A stretch of 64,000 bases of DNA from a candidate division WOR-3 bacterium (GCA_016930175.1 JAFGHJ010000013.1:164745-228744), one strand, 5' to 3'; shown: positions 41,179 through 51,778, counted from the first letter of the stretch. A program made the numbers and translations. The notes: a model not told the origin generated them from the letters alone.

Positions 41179-41390
41179 TATCCTTCGGATTGGTTAAGTA
41201 GTTAATTTGTTATTGGTTGAGTAGAAAAAGCAATAAAAAACTTTGTGTCTTAGTGTTTTTTTGGTTAATACTTTGGTTGGAGACTTAGGAAGTTAGAAAG
41301 TTAAGACAATAAAATCTCTGTTTTCTCAATGTGTTTTTCTTTTTATCTGTGTCCTCTGTGTTAAAGAGGGGGTGGGGTGGTTTTCTCGAC
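41170..41390. repeat. word-repeat intergenic element (GT-rich orientation) ending in a G-rich block that abuts a -35 box
   Basis: cggatgatatccttcggat, ttggttaagtag ... ttggttgagtag, ctttgtgtcttagtg, ggagacttaggaagttagaaagttaag, ctctgttttctc, tctgtgtcctctgtgttaaagagggggtggggtgg. Confidence 0.75.
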
Positions 41391-41418
41391 TTGACTGTTT
41401 AGGGTAAACAATTATAAT
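41391..41418 (+). promoter_or_regulatory. promoter TTGACT-16-TATAAT upstream of the C25 peptidase gene
   Basis: TTGACT at 41391-41396. TATAAT at 41413-41418. ATG at 41425. Confidence 0.55.
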
Positions 41419-41424
41419 TATTAT

Positions 41425-44400
41425 ATGATTTTAATTTTATTAACCCTTGGTAGTTGGATAAGCCTTCAGAGTAACGCTACGAAAAACATTCAGGTTGATG
41501 TATCGGGAAATGGCTTAGAAAATACAAGAATAGAATTTACTATTCCCGGTTTTTATCTGGATACGGTTACAATTAATGGCAACAGTTATTCTATGGTTAA
41601 TATGCCCGGGGTGAATAGCTATTTAAAAGAAGGTTATCCGGATCTTCCCAGGGTAGCTAAAAGCGTAATTATTCCTGACGATAGGGAAATGAAGTTGAGG
41701 ATTGTTCGGGAAGATGTTGAAAGAGTAAAATTTCCGCCGGTTGTACCATCCAAAGGAAATCTTTTACGAAACGTTTCCCCTTCTTCCGTACCGTATACTT
41801 TTAGCGATTTTTATTATTCAACGGGTGTTTTCCCGGAAGAAGCAGCAAGTCTTTCGGAGCCTTTTATAATGAGGGATTTTAGAGGAATTACCGTTTATGT
41901 CAACCCTGTGCGTTATGATGCCGGTACGGGAGAAATTATAATACTTAGAGAATTAATTGTTGAGATATTTTCAGAAGGTTTTTCTTTATCGAATGTTAAA
42001 GCCAGGTCAATGAAAAAGTCGTTTTCTCTATCCTTTGAGAACGTATATAAGGATTTCTTTATTAATTATTCGGAAGGTAAATCAAGATATGATATGCTCG
42101 AAGAAGATGGCGGAAGGATGATTATTTTATGCGCCGATCAGTATGTTTCCGAGATGGATTCTTTCTTAATCTGGAAAAGAAGGAAGGGAATTTCCACGGA
42201 TTTATACAGTTTATCTGAGGTGGGAAGCGATACTGCTTCTATTGGAAATTTCATTAAGGAACAATATGATAGTTTAGGTGTTACTTTTTGTTTGCTTGTT
42301 GGTGATGGAGACGAACTCCCGCCTCCTGTTGGTACTGTTGGAAGAGCGTTTGGAGAAGACTCTGATCCTGTTTATGCTTATACCGACGGAGATGATTATT
42401 ATCCGGATCTTTTTATTGGGAGGTTTTCATCTGATGGGGGAGAAGCGGATAATATAAGGAACCAGGTGATGCGTAGCATCAAATATGAAAGAAATCCGGA
42501 AGAGGGAGGAGATTGGTATAGTAAAGGTCTTATGGTGGCAAGCGATGAAAGCGATGATTACGATTCAATTATGGATAAGGATAGATGCGAATGGCTGAAA
42601 GATACTTTGCTTTACAACATTTCTCCTTATTTTACATATACCTCTATTGATTCGAGCTACGACCCCTGGGGTTCTTCTTCTGTTATTTCAAGTGCTATTA
42701 ATTCCGGTGTTTCTATTATAAACTATATCGGTCATGGATATGTATCCGGTTGGCAAAGCGGGGGAGGGTTTACCATTAGTAATATAGAAAATCTTACTAA
42801 CTACTGGATGTTGCCTCATGTGATTTCTGTTGGTTGTCGAGTTGGTGATTTTAGAGATAGAAATTGTTTTTCTGAATCTGCATTGACAGCAGGTACAGTG
42901 GAAGATCCTACGGGTTTTATTGTGACATTAGGTCCAACTATAGATCAGACCTGGATTCCGCCGTGTATAGGACAGGAAGGTGCTGTTAACTTGCTTGCCC
43001 ATTATAAAGCAAATACTGCTGGAGGTATATATTTTAATGGTCTGTGCTATATGATCGAACAGTGTGGAGGTGATACTTCCAATGATGGTGTAGAAATCGC
43101 TCAGACATGGCATATTTTCGGCGATCCTTCTATTCAACTTCGTACAGACGTACCTCGTAAGCTCAAGGTGAATAAGGTTCTCGCTAATTTTCTCGATTCT
43201 CTCGTTTGCGAAGTAAAGGTTTATGAGGAGGATTCAGTAACTCCCGTTGAAAACGCTATGGTATCTTTTTGTAGCAAAGAGAATTCACTCATAGCATCGG
43301 GATATACAAATTCGGCAGGTAATTATAAATTTACATTTGACTCAAGCAATTTTATGCGGGATGAGTATGTTTATCTGACGGTGACTGATTTTAATTATAA
43401 GCCCTACCTGGATTCGACAACGCTTATGAGTATTGTGTTTTCTCCTGATTCTGTAGAGGTTAATGTCCCTACAGAGGTAGAAATTTTAACGAGCAGTGGT
43501 TTGGAAGTTGTAATTGACGGTTTTGGTTTTTGGGCTTGTGATACCACGGACGATTCTGGCAGAGCAATCATAAATATTAGCGCTCCTTATGGCGGAGAAC
43601 TACAGATTTCATTTTTCGATACTGCCGAAGCAAGGTTATTCTATAAAAAAACGCTTCCTGTTTTTGGCGCGCTGGACTTAACTGCCCCTGATATTCAGGC
43701 TTCTTGCGATGAAATAGGGGTGTCCGGTGGTTTAATGCCGGGTTTCTCCGGTAGAATTCTTGGGTCCGCTGATTCATTGTCTTTTTCAATGTTTATAAGG
43801 GGAGCCGGTATTGATACTTCTTTTTTCGCACCGGATGGTTTTTTAGAAAAAGATTTAATATTTGAGGAACCCGGAGAAGTTGAAGTAACGCTTGGAAAGT
43901 CGGGTTACAATGTTTATCAGAAAGTATTTCCCGTTATAAATTACAGAGGATGGCTTTCGGGTTATGTTATTAGCGGGGCTGACTCTGTAAATGAGATAAC
44001 GCTTCGGATTTATGGTGCCGGTTCTGACACCGGGTCTGTTACGCCTGTCGCCGTTATGACCTCCGATGATAATGGATTTTATGAATTAGAAGATTCTTTA
44101 TTGTGCGGATACTATGATGTTTATATGGCAGGTGTTGGATATCAGAGTGAGCTATATCCTGTAACTGTTAAGAATTCCAGCAGCAATCTTGATTTCAATA
44201 TTTCTCCGGAGTCTTACGCTATTGATTTATCTACATTGATTAATGGAAATTATTTAGAAGTAAAATACAGCCTACCGCAGGAAACGAATGTCGAATTTAT
44301 TGTCTTCGATGCTCTGGGACGAAAAATAACGTCTGAATCAGAACTAAAAAATTCCGGCAACTTCACGCAAGTTATAGATATGCAAGATTTCTCAACGGGT

Positions 44401-44469
44401 ATTTATTTCTTTGTGATGAAAGCCGGAAATAGAGTGTTTCCGCCTGAAAAGTTTATCTTGATTAGATGA
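41425..44469 (+). CDS. gingipain-like cysteine peptidase (MEROPS C25) with a T9SS C-terminal sorting domain
   Basis: Signal peptide. Catalytic His region NYIGHGYVSGW and Cys region LPHVISVGCRVGDF, with about 33-residue spacing as in RgpB (HGSETAW / ACVNGDF). C-terminal Por_Secre_tail-like domain (...VEFIVFDALGRKI...GIYFFVMKAGNRVFPPEKFILIR). Confidence 0.8.
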   Translation: MILILLTLGSWISLQSNATKNIQVDVSGNGLENTRIEFTIPGFYLDTVTINGNSYSMVNMPGVNSYLKEGYPDLPRVAKSVIIPDDREMKLRIVREDVERVKFPPVVPSKGNLLRNVSPSSVPYTFSDFYYSTGVFPEEAASLSEPFIMRDFRGITVYVNPVRYDAGTGEIIILRELIVEIFSEGFSLSNVKARSMKKSFSLSFENVYKDFFINYSEGKSRYDMLEEDGGRMIILCADQYVSEMDSFLIWKRRKGISTDLYSLSEVGSDTASIGNFIKEQYDSLGVTFCLLVGDGDELPPPVGTVGRAFGEDSDPVYAYTDGDDYYPDLFIGRFSSDGGEADNIRNQVMRSIKYERNPEEGGDWYSKGLMVASDESDDYDSIMDKDRCEWLKDTLLYNISPYFTYTSIDSSYDPWGSSSVISSAINSGVSIINYIGHGYVSGWQSGGGFTISNIENLTNYWMLPHVISVGCRVGDFRDRNCFSESALTAGTVEDPTGFIVTLGPTIDQTWIPPCIGQEGAVNLLAHYKANTAGGIYFNGLCYMIEQCGGDTSNDGVEIAQTWHIFGDPSIQLRTDVPRKLKVNKVLANFLDSLVCEVKVYEEDSVTPVENAMVSFCSKENSLIASGYTNSAGNYKFTFDSSNFMRDEYVYLTVTDFNYKPYLDSTTLMSIVFSPDSVEVNVPTEVEILTSSGLEVVIDGFGFWACDTTDDSGRAIINISAPYGGELQISFFDTAEARLFYKKTLPVFGALDLTAPDIQASCDEIGVSGGLMPGFSGRILGSADSLSFSMFIRGAGIDTSFFAPDGFLEKDLIFEEPGEVEVTLGKSGYNVYQKVFPVINYRGWLSGYVISGADSVNEITLRIYGAGSDTGSVTPVAVMTSDDNGFYELEDSLLCGYYDVYMAGVGYQSELYPVTVKNSSSNLDFNISPESYAIDLSTLINGNYLEVKYSLPQETNVEFIVFDALGRKITSESELKNSGNFTQVIDMQDFSTGIYFFVMKAGNRVFPPEKFILIR

Positions 44470-44603
44470 TATTAGTTCAAAATATGAACTAAGTTAATTG
44501 GTTTATTAGTTTATTAGTTAATTAGTAACAAAAAAATATTTTTTTCTCTCTTTTCCTCTGTGTGCTCTGTGGTTCAATTAGTTTTTGGTGTGGTGGGGCG
44601 TTA
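44470..44603. repeat. word-repeat intergenic element (GT-rich orientation)
   Basis: gtttattagtttattagttaattag, ctctgtgtgctctgtgg, and gtttttggtgtggtggggcgttaaaaaca (a copy of the 30121-30147 module with the -35 box degraded). Confidence 0.7.
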
Positions 44604-45737
44604 AAAACAATGATTAAACAGCAAGTATGTATGATTGTTGTATTCTTCCAGCCTTTCCGGCAGAGGAAAATCCAGTTCTATACCCTGGCGGAGAGCAATA
44701 TATGTTTCCTTGTTAAGTTTTAAATTAAGTCCAAGAACTCCTCTTGTCTCGCTGTTTTTTTGTCCGTTTAAATTTCGCCAGGATTTTTGTATTCCCAACG
44801 TTAAATTTATGTAATCAGAAAATGAATGATTATATAGTAAAGTCAAGCCAATCCATTTTCTTTTGTACTCTAATGAGTCATTCTTAACATATTTCCAATC
44901 CATCGGTAAACCGATGTAAAAGCTGCTTTTTTCCGAGATTTCTGTTTGTATAAATGGTTCGGCGAAGAATATAGCTATGTTGGTTTCGTAATTTAGAGTA
45001 TCTTCCGGTAGTGAGATATAAGATGAGTCCGTTTTTCTGTAATTTAATCGTAAACCGGGGGAAAACTTGTCAAATAAATGATAATAAATGATATTTTTTA
45101 AACCCATACCGCCGAATTCCGCACTTCCCATTTCTTCATCATTCTCTAAAAAATTCTTCTTTGCTTTTATTGTTTTATAGTACCTATAGTACAGATCAGC
45201 CTGATTGCCGTTAATTAGACCTTGAAGTTCGAGACTAACGGGAAATTTTGTAAAAGAGTCCTCGTGAATTGATGGTTCTCTGTGTGAAATTAAGTAATTG
45301 TGGTCGAATTCGTGTAAAATGATATTCAAAGAATGGTTGTTTTCAATGTTTTTCCAGTAACCAATACCCGTACCGATATATTTTTTATTTTGTGACGATT
45401 GTGGCGATAAAAATAGAGAGAAAGAAAGCGGTATTCGGGAATTTTCACCCCCGATCCATCTGAGCTTAAATAGATGTTCTTCGGTTTTTATGTCATAATC
45501 GTTTTCGTTCTCTAAGTTATATTCAAATACAATATTTGAAAAAAGAACCGCCCAGATTTTTATTCTGTACATCTCGTACCATTGATCCGAATTTCGAGAA
45601 CCGTGTGTTGTCTGGATTCCGTTTTTGCTATTCAGGAAACGAAATTCTTCTTCTATGGGTGTTAGAGAAAAACTCTTATCCATTAAATAAAGAGTATTAT
45701 TATCGCCCAGAAGAGAGAATAAAAAAAATAATATCAT
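44601..45737 (-). CDS. putative outer-membrane beta-barrel protein
   Basis: Alternating amphipathic beta-strand pattern throughout. C-terminal aromatic residue (…LFNHCF). No catalytic motif. Confidence 0.4.
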   Translation of the reverse strand: MILFFLFSLLGDNNTLYLMDKSFSLTPIEEEFRFLNSKNGIQTTHGSRNSDQWYEMYRIKIWAVLFSNIVFEYNLENENDYDIKTEEHLFKLRWIGGENSRIPLSFSLFLSPQSSQNKKYIGTGIGYWKNIENNHSLNIILHEFDHNYLISHREPSIHEDSFTKFPVSLELQGLINGNQADLYYRYYKTIKAKKNFLENDEEMGSAEFGGMGLKNIIYYHLFDKFSPGLRLNYRKTDSSYISLPEDTLNYETNIAIFFAEPFIQTEISEKSSFYIGLPMDWKYVKNDSLEYKRKWIGLTLLYNHSFSDYINLTLGIQKSWRNLNGQKNSETRGVLGLNLKLNKETYIALRQGIELDFPLPERLEEYNNHTYLLFNHCF

Positions 45738-46546
45738 TTAAGCAAAAGAGAAATATCTATAGATTTAAAGGAGTGGGTTAAAGCCCCAACTGAAATATAG
45801 TCCACTCCTGTTTTTGCGATTTCTTTTACATTTTCAAGTGTCACATTACCTGAGTATTCAAGTATTATATTCTTTCCGTTCGTTAGAGTAACGGCTTTTT
45901 TTACTTCTTTTATAGGCATATTATCAAGAAGTAAATGTTTCGCATCGTTTTGTATAGCTTCTTTAACCTCCTTTAGATTTTTTACTTCGATTTCACCTTT
46001 GATTTGGGAAAGCACATTTCTAATCCCCCCCGCGATTTTTATGTGGTTTTCCTTTATTAGAACTTTATCGTACAATCCCATTCTGTGATTTTTCCCTCCG
46101 CCTATACTTACGGCGTATTTTTCCAGATATCTTAATGTAGGAGTGGTTTTTCTTGTGTCAAGTATTGAAGCTTTGCTGCCCTTTATTTCATCTGCGAATT
46201 TTCTTGTATATGTGGAAATCCCGCTCAGTCTCTGGATAAAGTTTAAAACTACTCTTTCTCCTTTCAGTATTGCTCGTGTGTTTCCTCTGATGCGGATTAT
46301 TTCTTGGGGTTTCAACCATATACCTTCCTTTACAAGTATTTCTGTGCTTACGTCACCCAATTCGCCAAATGTCCATTTTGCTATTTCGAGACCGGAAAGA
46401 ACAGCTTTTTCTTTTGTCTTAATTATTCCAAACGAATTATGTTTTTCAGGAATTATATTTTCTGAAGTTAAATCAACTTTGCCTATATCTTCGGTGAGAG
46501 CTTTTTTTATTAGCGGCAAAACTTTTTCTTTCTTTAATTTGTCCAC
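45734..46546 (-). CDS. nadC: nicotinate-nucleotide pyrophosphorylase (carboxylating), NadC
   Basis: QPRTase fold motifs (…ALTEDIGKVDLTS…, …RKTTPTLR…, …IGGGKNHRMGLYD…). Confidence 0.85.
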   Translation of the reverse strand: MDKLKKEKVLPLIKKALTEDIGKVDLTSENIIPEKHNSFGIIKTKEKAVLSGLEIAKWTFGELGDVSTEILVKEGIWLKPQEIIRIRGNTRAILKGERVVLNFIQRLSGISTYTRKFADEIKGSKASILDTRKTTPTLRYLEKYAVSIGGGKNHRMGLYDKVLIKENHIKIAGGIRNVLSQIKGEIEVKNLKEVKEAIQNDAKHLLLDNMPIKEVKKAVTLTNGKNIILEYSGNVTLENVKEIAKTGVDYISVGALTHSFKSIDISLLLK

Positions 46547-48530
46547 TTATAATCCTCCTGATTTCGTCTCTTAATTTTGCGGCTTTTTCGAATTCCAATT
46601 GCTCGGCGCTTTTTTTCATTTCGTTTCTGAGTTTTTCAATCATTTCTATTCTTTCTATTTCTGAGGTAAATTCATGCGGTATTTCAAATTCTAAATTTAT
46701 TTCTTCTTCTTTCTTTTTTTCTCCTGCGACCACTGTTGTCATCATTATTTGTTCACGGCTTTTCTTTATGCTTTCAGGAATAATGTTATGTTTTTTATTA
46801 TATTCAAGCTGTATATTTCTTCTACGCTCAATTTCTTTTAAAGCATTTTCTATGGCGATGGTTTTTCCTTCGGCATAGAGTATAACCCTGCTGTCTATAT
46901 TACGGGCGGCTCTTCCCGCAGTTTGTATAATAGAAGTTTCTGAGCGAAGAAAACCCGCTTTATCTGCGTCAAGGATAGCAACCAATGTAACTTCAGGCAG
47001 GTCAAGGCCTTCTCTTAGCAAATTTATGCCTACCAAAACGTCGAAATCTCCGAGCCGGAGACCCCTTAAAAGTTCCATTCGCTCCGGAGCGTCTATTTCT
47101 GAGTGTAGATATTGTACTTTTAGACCAACATCGGTTAAATATTCGGTGAGCTCTTCGGACATCTTTTTTGTTAGAGTCGTTACGAGCGTTCTATTCCCTT
47201 TTTCAACTTCTTTTCTTATTTCTTCTATAAGGTCATCAATTTGATTCTCTGTTGTTTTTATTGTTACCGGCGGGTCGATAACCCCGGTCGGACGAATCAA
47301 CTGTTCTACAACTATTTTTTTTGATTTTTCTATTTCCCATTCCTGAGGTGTTGCTGAGGTATAAATGACTTTATCTGTCTTTGCCTGAAATTCGTCAAAA
47401 TCAAGTGGTCTATTATCAAGAGCGGAAGGAAGACGGAAACCATATTCTACAAGAGTTTCTTTTCTGGATCTATCTCCGTGATACATGCCTCTTATTTGAG
47501 GTACAGTCCTGTGGGATTCGTCGATAATGGTGAGAAACTCATCCGGAAAGTAGTCTATTAGTGTATAGGGTGGTTCACCTTCTTCGCGCAAGGATAGGTA
47601 TCTGGAGTAGTTTTCTATGCCGGCGCAATAACCGACTTCTCTTAAGAATTCAATATCATATTTAGTTCTGCTCTCTATTCTTTGAGCTTCTATATATTTT
47701 TCGTTGTCCAGAAAATATTGAACTCTTTCTTCCATTTCCTTTTCTATTTTATCAATTACGTTCAATATTCTGTCTTCGGGAATAACGAAATGATGTGCCG
47801 GGTATATATTGAGTTGGCGTATTCTTTCTATTTTCTTTGCGCTTATCGGGTCTATCGAAGATATTTGTTCGATTTCGTCTCCGAAGAATTCTATCCGGTA
47901 TCCTTTAAATTCGTAAGAGGGAAAAAGGTCGATTACATCTCCTTTTACCCGGAAATTTCCCTGTTCAAACTCAACATCGTTGCGTTTATACTGAATAGAG
48001 ACCAATTCTTTTATTAATTTGTCTCTTGAAATTTCCATATTATCGTAAACTTTAATCGATTGTCTGGAGAAATCTGCCGGTGAGCCGAGTCCGTATATAC
48101 AGGAGACAGAAGCGACGATTACCACATCTTTTCGTTCCAGAAGAGAGGTCGTGGCTTTCATCCTTAAGCGTTCTATCTCTTCATTTACCGAGGCATCTTT
48201 CCCTATGTAAGTATCGCTCTCGGGAACGTAAGCTTCCGGTTGATAATAATCATAGTAAGAGACAAAATATTCTACAGCATTTTCCGGAAAAAATTGTTTA
48301 AATTCACCGTATAATTGTGCCGAGAGGGTTTTATTGTGAGAAATAACAATAGTCGGCAAACCCAGCCTTTCTATAACATTTGCCATTGTGAATGTCTTTC
48401 CCGAGCCGGTTACTCCGAGGAGAGTTTGATGCTTTTTACCTTCTTCTATACCTTTTACAAGATTTTCGATAGCCTGGGGCTGGTCTCCTGTTGGTTTGTA
48501 ATCCGCGGTAAGTTTAAATTTATTCTCCAT
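46473..48530 (-). CDS. uvrB: excinuclease ABC subunit B
   Basis: Walker A GVTGSGKTFT. DExH region. UvrB helicase motifs. C-terminal UVR domain (…EKAAKLRDEIRRI…). Confidence 0.95.
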   Translation of the reverse strand: MENKFKLTADYKPTGDQPQAIENLVKGIEEGKKHQTLLGVTGSGKTFTMANVIERLGLPTIVISHNKTLSAQLYGEFKQFFPENAVEYFVSYYDYYQPEAYVPESDTYIGKDASVNEEIERLRMKATTSLLERKDVVIVASVSCIYGLGSPADFSRQSIKVYDNMEISRDKLIKELVSIQYKRNDVEFEQGNFRVKGDVIDLFPSYEFKGYRIEFFGDEIEQISSIDPISAKKIERIRQLNIYPAHHFVIPEDRILNVIDKIEKEMEERVQYFLDNEKYIEAQRIESRTKYDIEFLREVGYCAGIENYSRYLSLREEGEPPYTLIDYFPDEFLTIIDESHRTVPQIRGMYHGDRSRKETLVEYGFRLPSALDNRPLDFDEFQAKTDKVIYTSATPQEWEIEKSKKIVVEQLIRPTGVIDPPVTIKTTENQIDDLIEEIRKEVEKGNRTLVTTLTKKMSEELTEYLTDVGLKVQYLHSEIDAPERMELLRGLRLGDFDVLVGINLLREGLDLPEVTLVAILDADKAGFLRSETSIIQTAGRAARNIDSRVILYAEGKTIAIENALKEIERRRNIQLEYNKKHNIIPESIKKSREQIMMTTVVAGEKKKEEEINLEFEIPHEFTSEIERIEMIEKLRNEMKKSAEQLEFEKAAKLRDEIRRIISGQIKERKSFAANKKSSHRRYRQS

Positions 48531-48586
48531 ACAGAAAGGATAAAACAGGTTTTACTTTTACGCAAGGACTACGATAAAAATTTTTA

Positions 48587-48840
48587 CCACAGAGGGCACA
48601 GAGAAAAAAACGCAGAGCACACAGAGCATTTAAACTGTTGGTCTGTGGGTCGGTTGGTCCGTTGGTCTGTAAAAAACGCACCAACACACTCACGCACCAA
48701 CTATAAAAAATTCTCACACAAAGGTACTAAGACACAAAGTTTATTTTTTATTCCTCTTTTAGTTTTTTTGCTAAATCCTATATCCTAAATCCAAAATCCC
48801 AGTTATTGTCACGAAACACGAAACCCGTAACTCGAAACTT
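48587..48840. repeat. word-repeat intergenic element (CA-rich orientation) in the divergent uvrB / T9SS-cargo promoter region
   Basis: ccacagagggcacagag, cgcagagcacacagagc, ctgttggtctgtgggtcggttggtccgttggtctgt, cgcaccaacacactcacgcaccaac, aaaaaattctcacacaaaggtactaagacacaaag, aaatcctatatcctaaatccaaaatccc, cacgaaacacgaaacccgtaactcgaaac. Confidence 0.75.
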
Positions 48841-49015
48841 TAATTACTAAAGAAAGTACGGGAAAAATATCAGGATAAAGACTCATATATTAATGATCCA
48901 ATAATTTCTGTAGACTTGCGGAAAAGAAACAGCGCATTATATTTTATTTACCAGAAAAAAACTATCTTATAATGCGATATATTTGTTGAAAATCAAAAAA
49001 AGGAGAAGAGATAAA

Positions 49016-51613
49016 ATGCTTGGAAAATCAAAAGAAAATATAGGTCTCTTACTAAAATATATTAAGCATCATTTCAAGAGAACAAAAAACAAGTATACGG
49101 GAATCAAATCAGTATTATTATTCCCCATTATTGGGCTTCTTTCCCTTTTATGGGTAATTATAAGGGTAGCACCAAAGCCCAGCCGATTAAGATATCCCTG
49201 TATGAAGGTTGCAGTACCAACAGCCGCCAGTTTTGTCGCATATATCATCGCGATATTTGCTTCTCTTTTTTCGTTTCGAAAAGCAAAAGAGAATCTGCGC
49301 AAGTCCAGATATTCTCTTGGGATAATACTTCTTTTAATCAGTATAGCAGGCGGGACGTTTTTGATACTGCATACGAACCAATACGCATCCGCACAAACCG
49401 TCAATTTAAAAACTAGAGACCTCGAAGCAAATGACCCCATGGGAGAAGAAAAAGGTATCTTTCCCGGAAGGGTAGTCTGGGTACACGATCCGGACGCAAC
49501 AAATGAAGATTGCGATCCGGGAGACTACGGACATGGATGGTTTCTCAATGAAAATAACAATCAGAGTGTAATAGATGCTATGCTGGATACCGCCGTAAAG
49601 GTAATTTCAGGACAAACCGATATTGCCGCAGCATGGGATACTATTTTCCGATATAACAATAACAACAGAGGTAAAGGTAATGTCGGATACCAGGCAGGCG
49701 AAATAATATTTATAAAAGTCAACAGAACAAGTTCATGGACTGGCAATATCAACTTTCCCTCTTACGACCCTGCTGACAATGGCTACTATGGTGTATCGGA
49801 AACATCACCCCACTTAATATTAGCCCTTTTAAGACATTTGGTAGATAGCGTTGGTGTTGCTGAAGATGACATATATATTGGTGATCCGATGAAGCATCTT
49901 TACTCACACGACTATGACCTCTGGTATGGGGAATATCCCGATATCCATTATCTGGATCATGACAGATCAGACGCAGGAAGAGAGATAGCCGCAGTGGGCG
50001 ATTCTATGATTCACTATTCTGACAGTGGTGCAGTTCTTCGTGCAGACGCTTGGAGCTATCCTCCGTCTGGAGACCCTATTTATGATGATCACTTTTACGC
50101 AATCTTTGAAGATTGCGATTACCTGATAAATGTTCCGACCTTAAAGGGACATGTGAGGGCGGGAGCAACAATGTTTGCCAAGAATCATTTCGGTTCTCAT
50201 ACGCGTGGCGATGCCAGCCATCTTCATATGGGGCTTGTAGATCCGGACGGAAACCCAAACAATGGAATTCCAAGATCTGGTTACGGATTATACAGAGTTC
50301 TGGTGGATTTAATGGGCTGGAAATTAATTAGAGAGAAAAACGTAATCTTCTTAATGGATGCCCTGTGGTCAGCAGGTGCCGAAGTTACTCAACCTACCAA
50401 ATGGAAAAATGCCCCATTCAATGACGACTGGAGTTCCTCGATATTTATTTCCCAGGATAATGTAGCAATCGAGTCCGTTGGTTTCGACTTCCTCCAAACA
50501 GAATATACAAGTGAAAATCACCCTGGCCTTACTTATGTCCAGATGGAAGGAACAGACGACTATTTAGAGCAGGCTGCGGATTCAGCAAACTGGACAGACA
50601 GCATTCCTTTTTACGATCCGGAGGATGACGGAACTCCTATGCCATGGAGCCTTGGCGTACATGAACACTGGAACAACGAAACGGACAGACAATATTCAAG
50701 AAATCTTGGGGGAGACTACGGTATTGAATTGGTGAAAATTTTACCGGAAATTGTTCCAGCTATCACAATCACATCTCCTAATGGAGGTGAGGACTGGTAC
50801 GTAGGGAGTGATTATAATATTACCTGGACATCGAGTAATACCAGCGGCAATGTTCAAATCGAATATTCGACAAACAACGGCAGTTCATGGACAGAGGAAG
50901 TCGCAAGCACAGCGGATGACGGTTCTTATTCATGGACGGTTCCGGATGCCCCTTCGGATAATTGTCTTGTAAGGGTTAGTGATACGGAGGGAACTCCCGC
51001 AGATACGAGTGATGCAGTATTTTCAATTTTGCCTGTCCCGTCGTACATAACAATAACTTCTCCAAACGGAGGTGAGTATTGGTACGTAGACAGTACCTAT
51101 AATATTACCTGGACATCGAGTAATACCAGCGGCAATGTTCAGATCGAATATTCGGTAAATAACGGCAGTTCATGGACAGAAGAAATCGCAAGCACACCTG
51201 ATGACGGTTCTTATTCATGGACGGTTCCCGATACGCCTTCAGATAATTGCCTTGTACGGGTGAGTGATACGGAGGGAAGTCCGTCAGATATCAGTGATGC
51301 GGTATTTTGGATATTGCCTTCTTCGGTTGTTCCTCTTGATGAGTTGAGTGGAGTTTATTCGATGAGCGTGAAAAGAGTAACAGCGGATAAAAACTTCGAA
51401 ATTAGATATACTCTACCCGAGGAAACTACTTTAAGGTTCGGCGTGTATGATATAACCGGAAAAATCATAAGAGAGTTTTCAAAAGAACAAATGCAAGGAT
51501 CCTATTCTGAAAAGATAGATATGCGCGGTGAACCGGCAGGAGTATACTTCGTTAGAATGGAAGCAAATGGGAGAAAGTTTACACAGACGAATAAGGTGCT
51601 ACTTGTTAAATGA
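49016..51613 (+). CDS. secreted protein with a T9SS C-terminal sorting domain and two tandem GPI-anchored-like (Kre9/KNH-type) beta-sandwich modules
   Basis: The start is reset to ATG 49016, preceded by AAAGGAGAAG. N-terminal transmembrane signal anchor. Large central domain of unknown function. Two about 92-aa repeats ITITSPNGGE[D/Y]WYV...ITWTSSNTSGNVQIEYS.NNGSSWTEE.AST.DDGSYSWTVPD.PSDNCLVRVSDTEG. C-terminal Por_Secre_tail (GVYFVRMEANGRKFTQTNKVLLVK). Confidence 0.7.
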   Translation: MLGKSKENIGLLLKYIKHHFKRTKNKYTGIKSVLLFPIIGLLSLLWVIIRVAPKPSRLRYPCMKVAVPTAASFVAYIIAIFASLFSFRKAKENLRKSRYSLGIILLLISIAGGTFLILHTNQYASAQTVNLKTRDLEANDPMGEEKGIFPGRVVWVHDPDATNEDCDPGDYGHGWFLNENNNQSVIDAMLDTAVKVISGQTDIAAAWDTIFRYNNNNRGKGNVGYQAGEIIFIKVNRTSSWTGNINFPSYDPADNGYYGVSETSPHLILALLRHLVDSVGVAEDDIYIGDPMKHLYSHDYDLWYGEYPDIHYLDHDRSDAGREIAAVGDSMIHYSDSGAVLRADAWSYPPSGDPIYDDHFYAIFEDCDYLINVPTLKGHVRAGATMFAKNHFGSHTRGDASHLHMGLVDPDGNPNNGIPRSGYGLYRVLVDLMGWKLIREKNVIFLMDALWSAGAEVTQPTKWKNAPFNDDWSSSIFISQDNVAIESVGFDFLQTEYTSENHPGLTYVQMEGTDDYLEQAADSANWTDSIPFYDPEDDGTPMPWSLGVHEHWNNETDRQYSRNLGGDYGIELVKILPEIVPAITITSPNGGEDWYVGSDYNITWTSSNTSGNVQIEYSTNNGSSWTEEVASTADDGSYSWTVPDAPSDNCLVRVSDTEGTPADTSDAVFSILPVPSYITITSPNGGEYWYVDSTYNITWTSSNTSGNVQIEYSVNNGSSWTEEIASTPDDGSYSWTVPDTPSDNCLVRVSDTEGSPSDISDAVFWILPSSVVPLDELSGVYSMSVKRVTADKNFEIRYTLPEETTLRFGVYDITGKIIREFSKEQMQGSYSEKIDMRGEPAGVYFVRMEANGRKFTQTNKVLLVK
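50758..51318 (+). repeat. recent in-gene tandem duplication (two copies of about 275 nt, roughly 85-90 percent nucleotide identity)
   Basis: Copy 1 is 50758-51033 and copy 2 is 51046-51318, aligned by eye. Long identical runs such as attacctggacatcgagtaataccagcggcaatgttca. Confidence 0.85.
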
Positions 51614-51645
51614 AAGAGTGATTTAATGTAAAACAAAACAAAAAA

Positions 51646-51680
51646 GCGCTCCTAAGGGAGCGTTTTTTTGTTTTGTTTTT
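51646..51680. terminator. bidirectional rho-independent terminator
   Basis: A-rich run, then stem gcgctcc (51646-51652), loop taag, stem ggagcg (51657-51662), then tttttttgttttgttttttt. Confidence 0.75.
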
Positions 51681-51778
51681 TTATTAGTAGCAAGCACTCA
51701 TTATTAAGTTTTTTTATAATATGGTCTGGCGAATCTTACTATCCTGTATATAATATTTTTAATAAAGGAGTGATTAAA

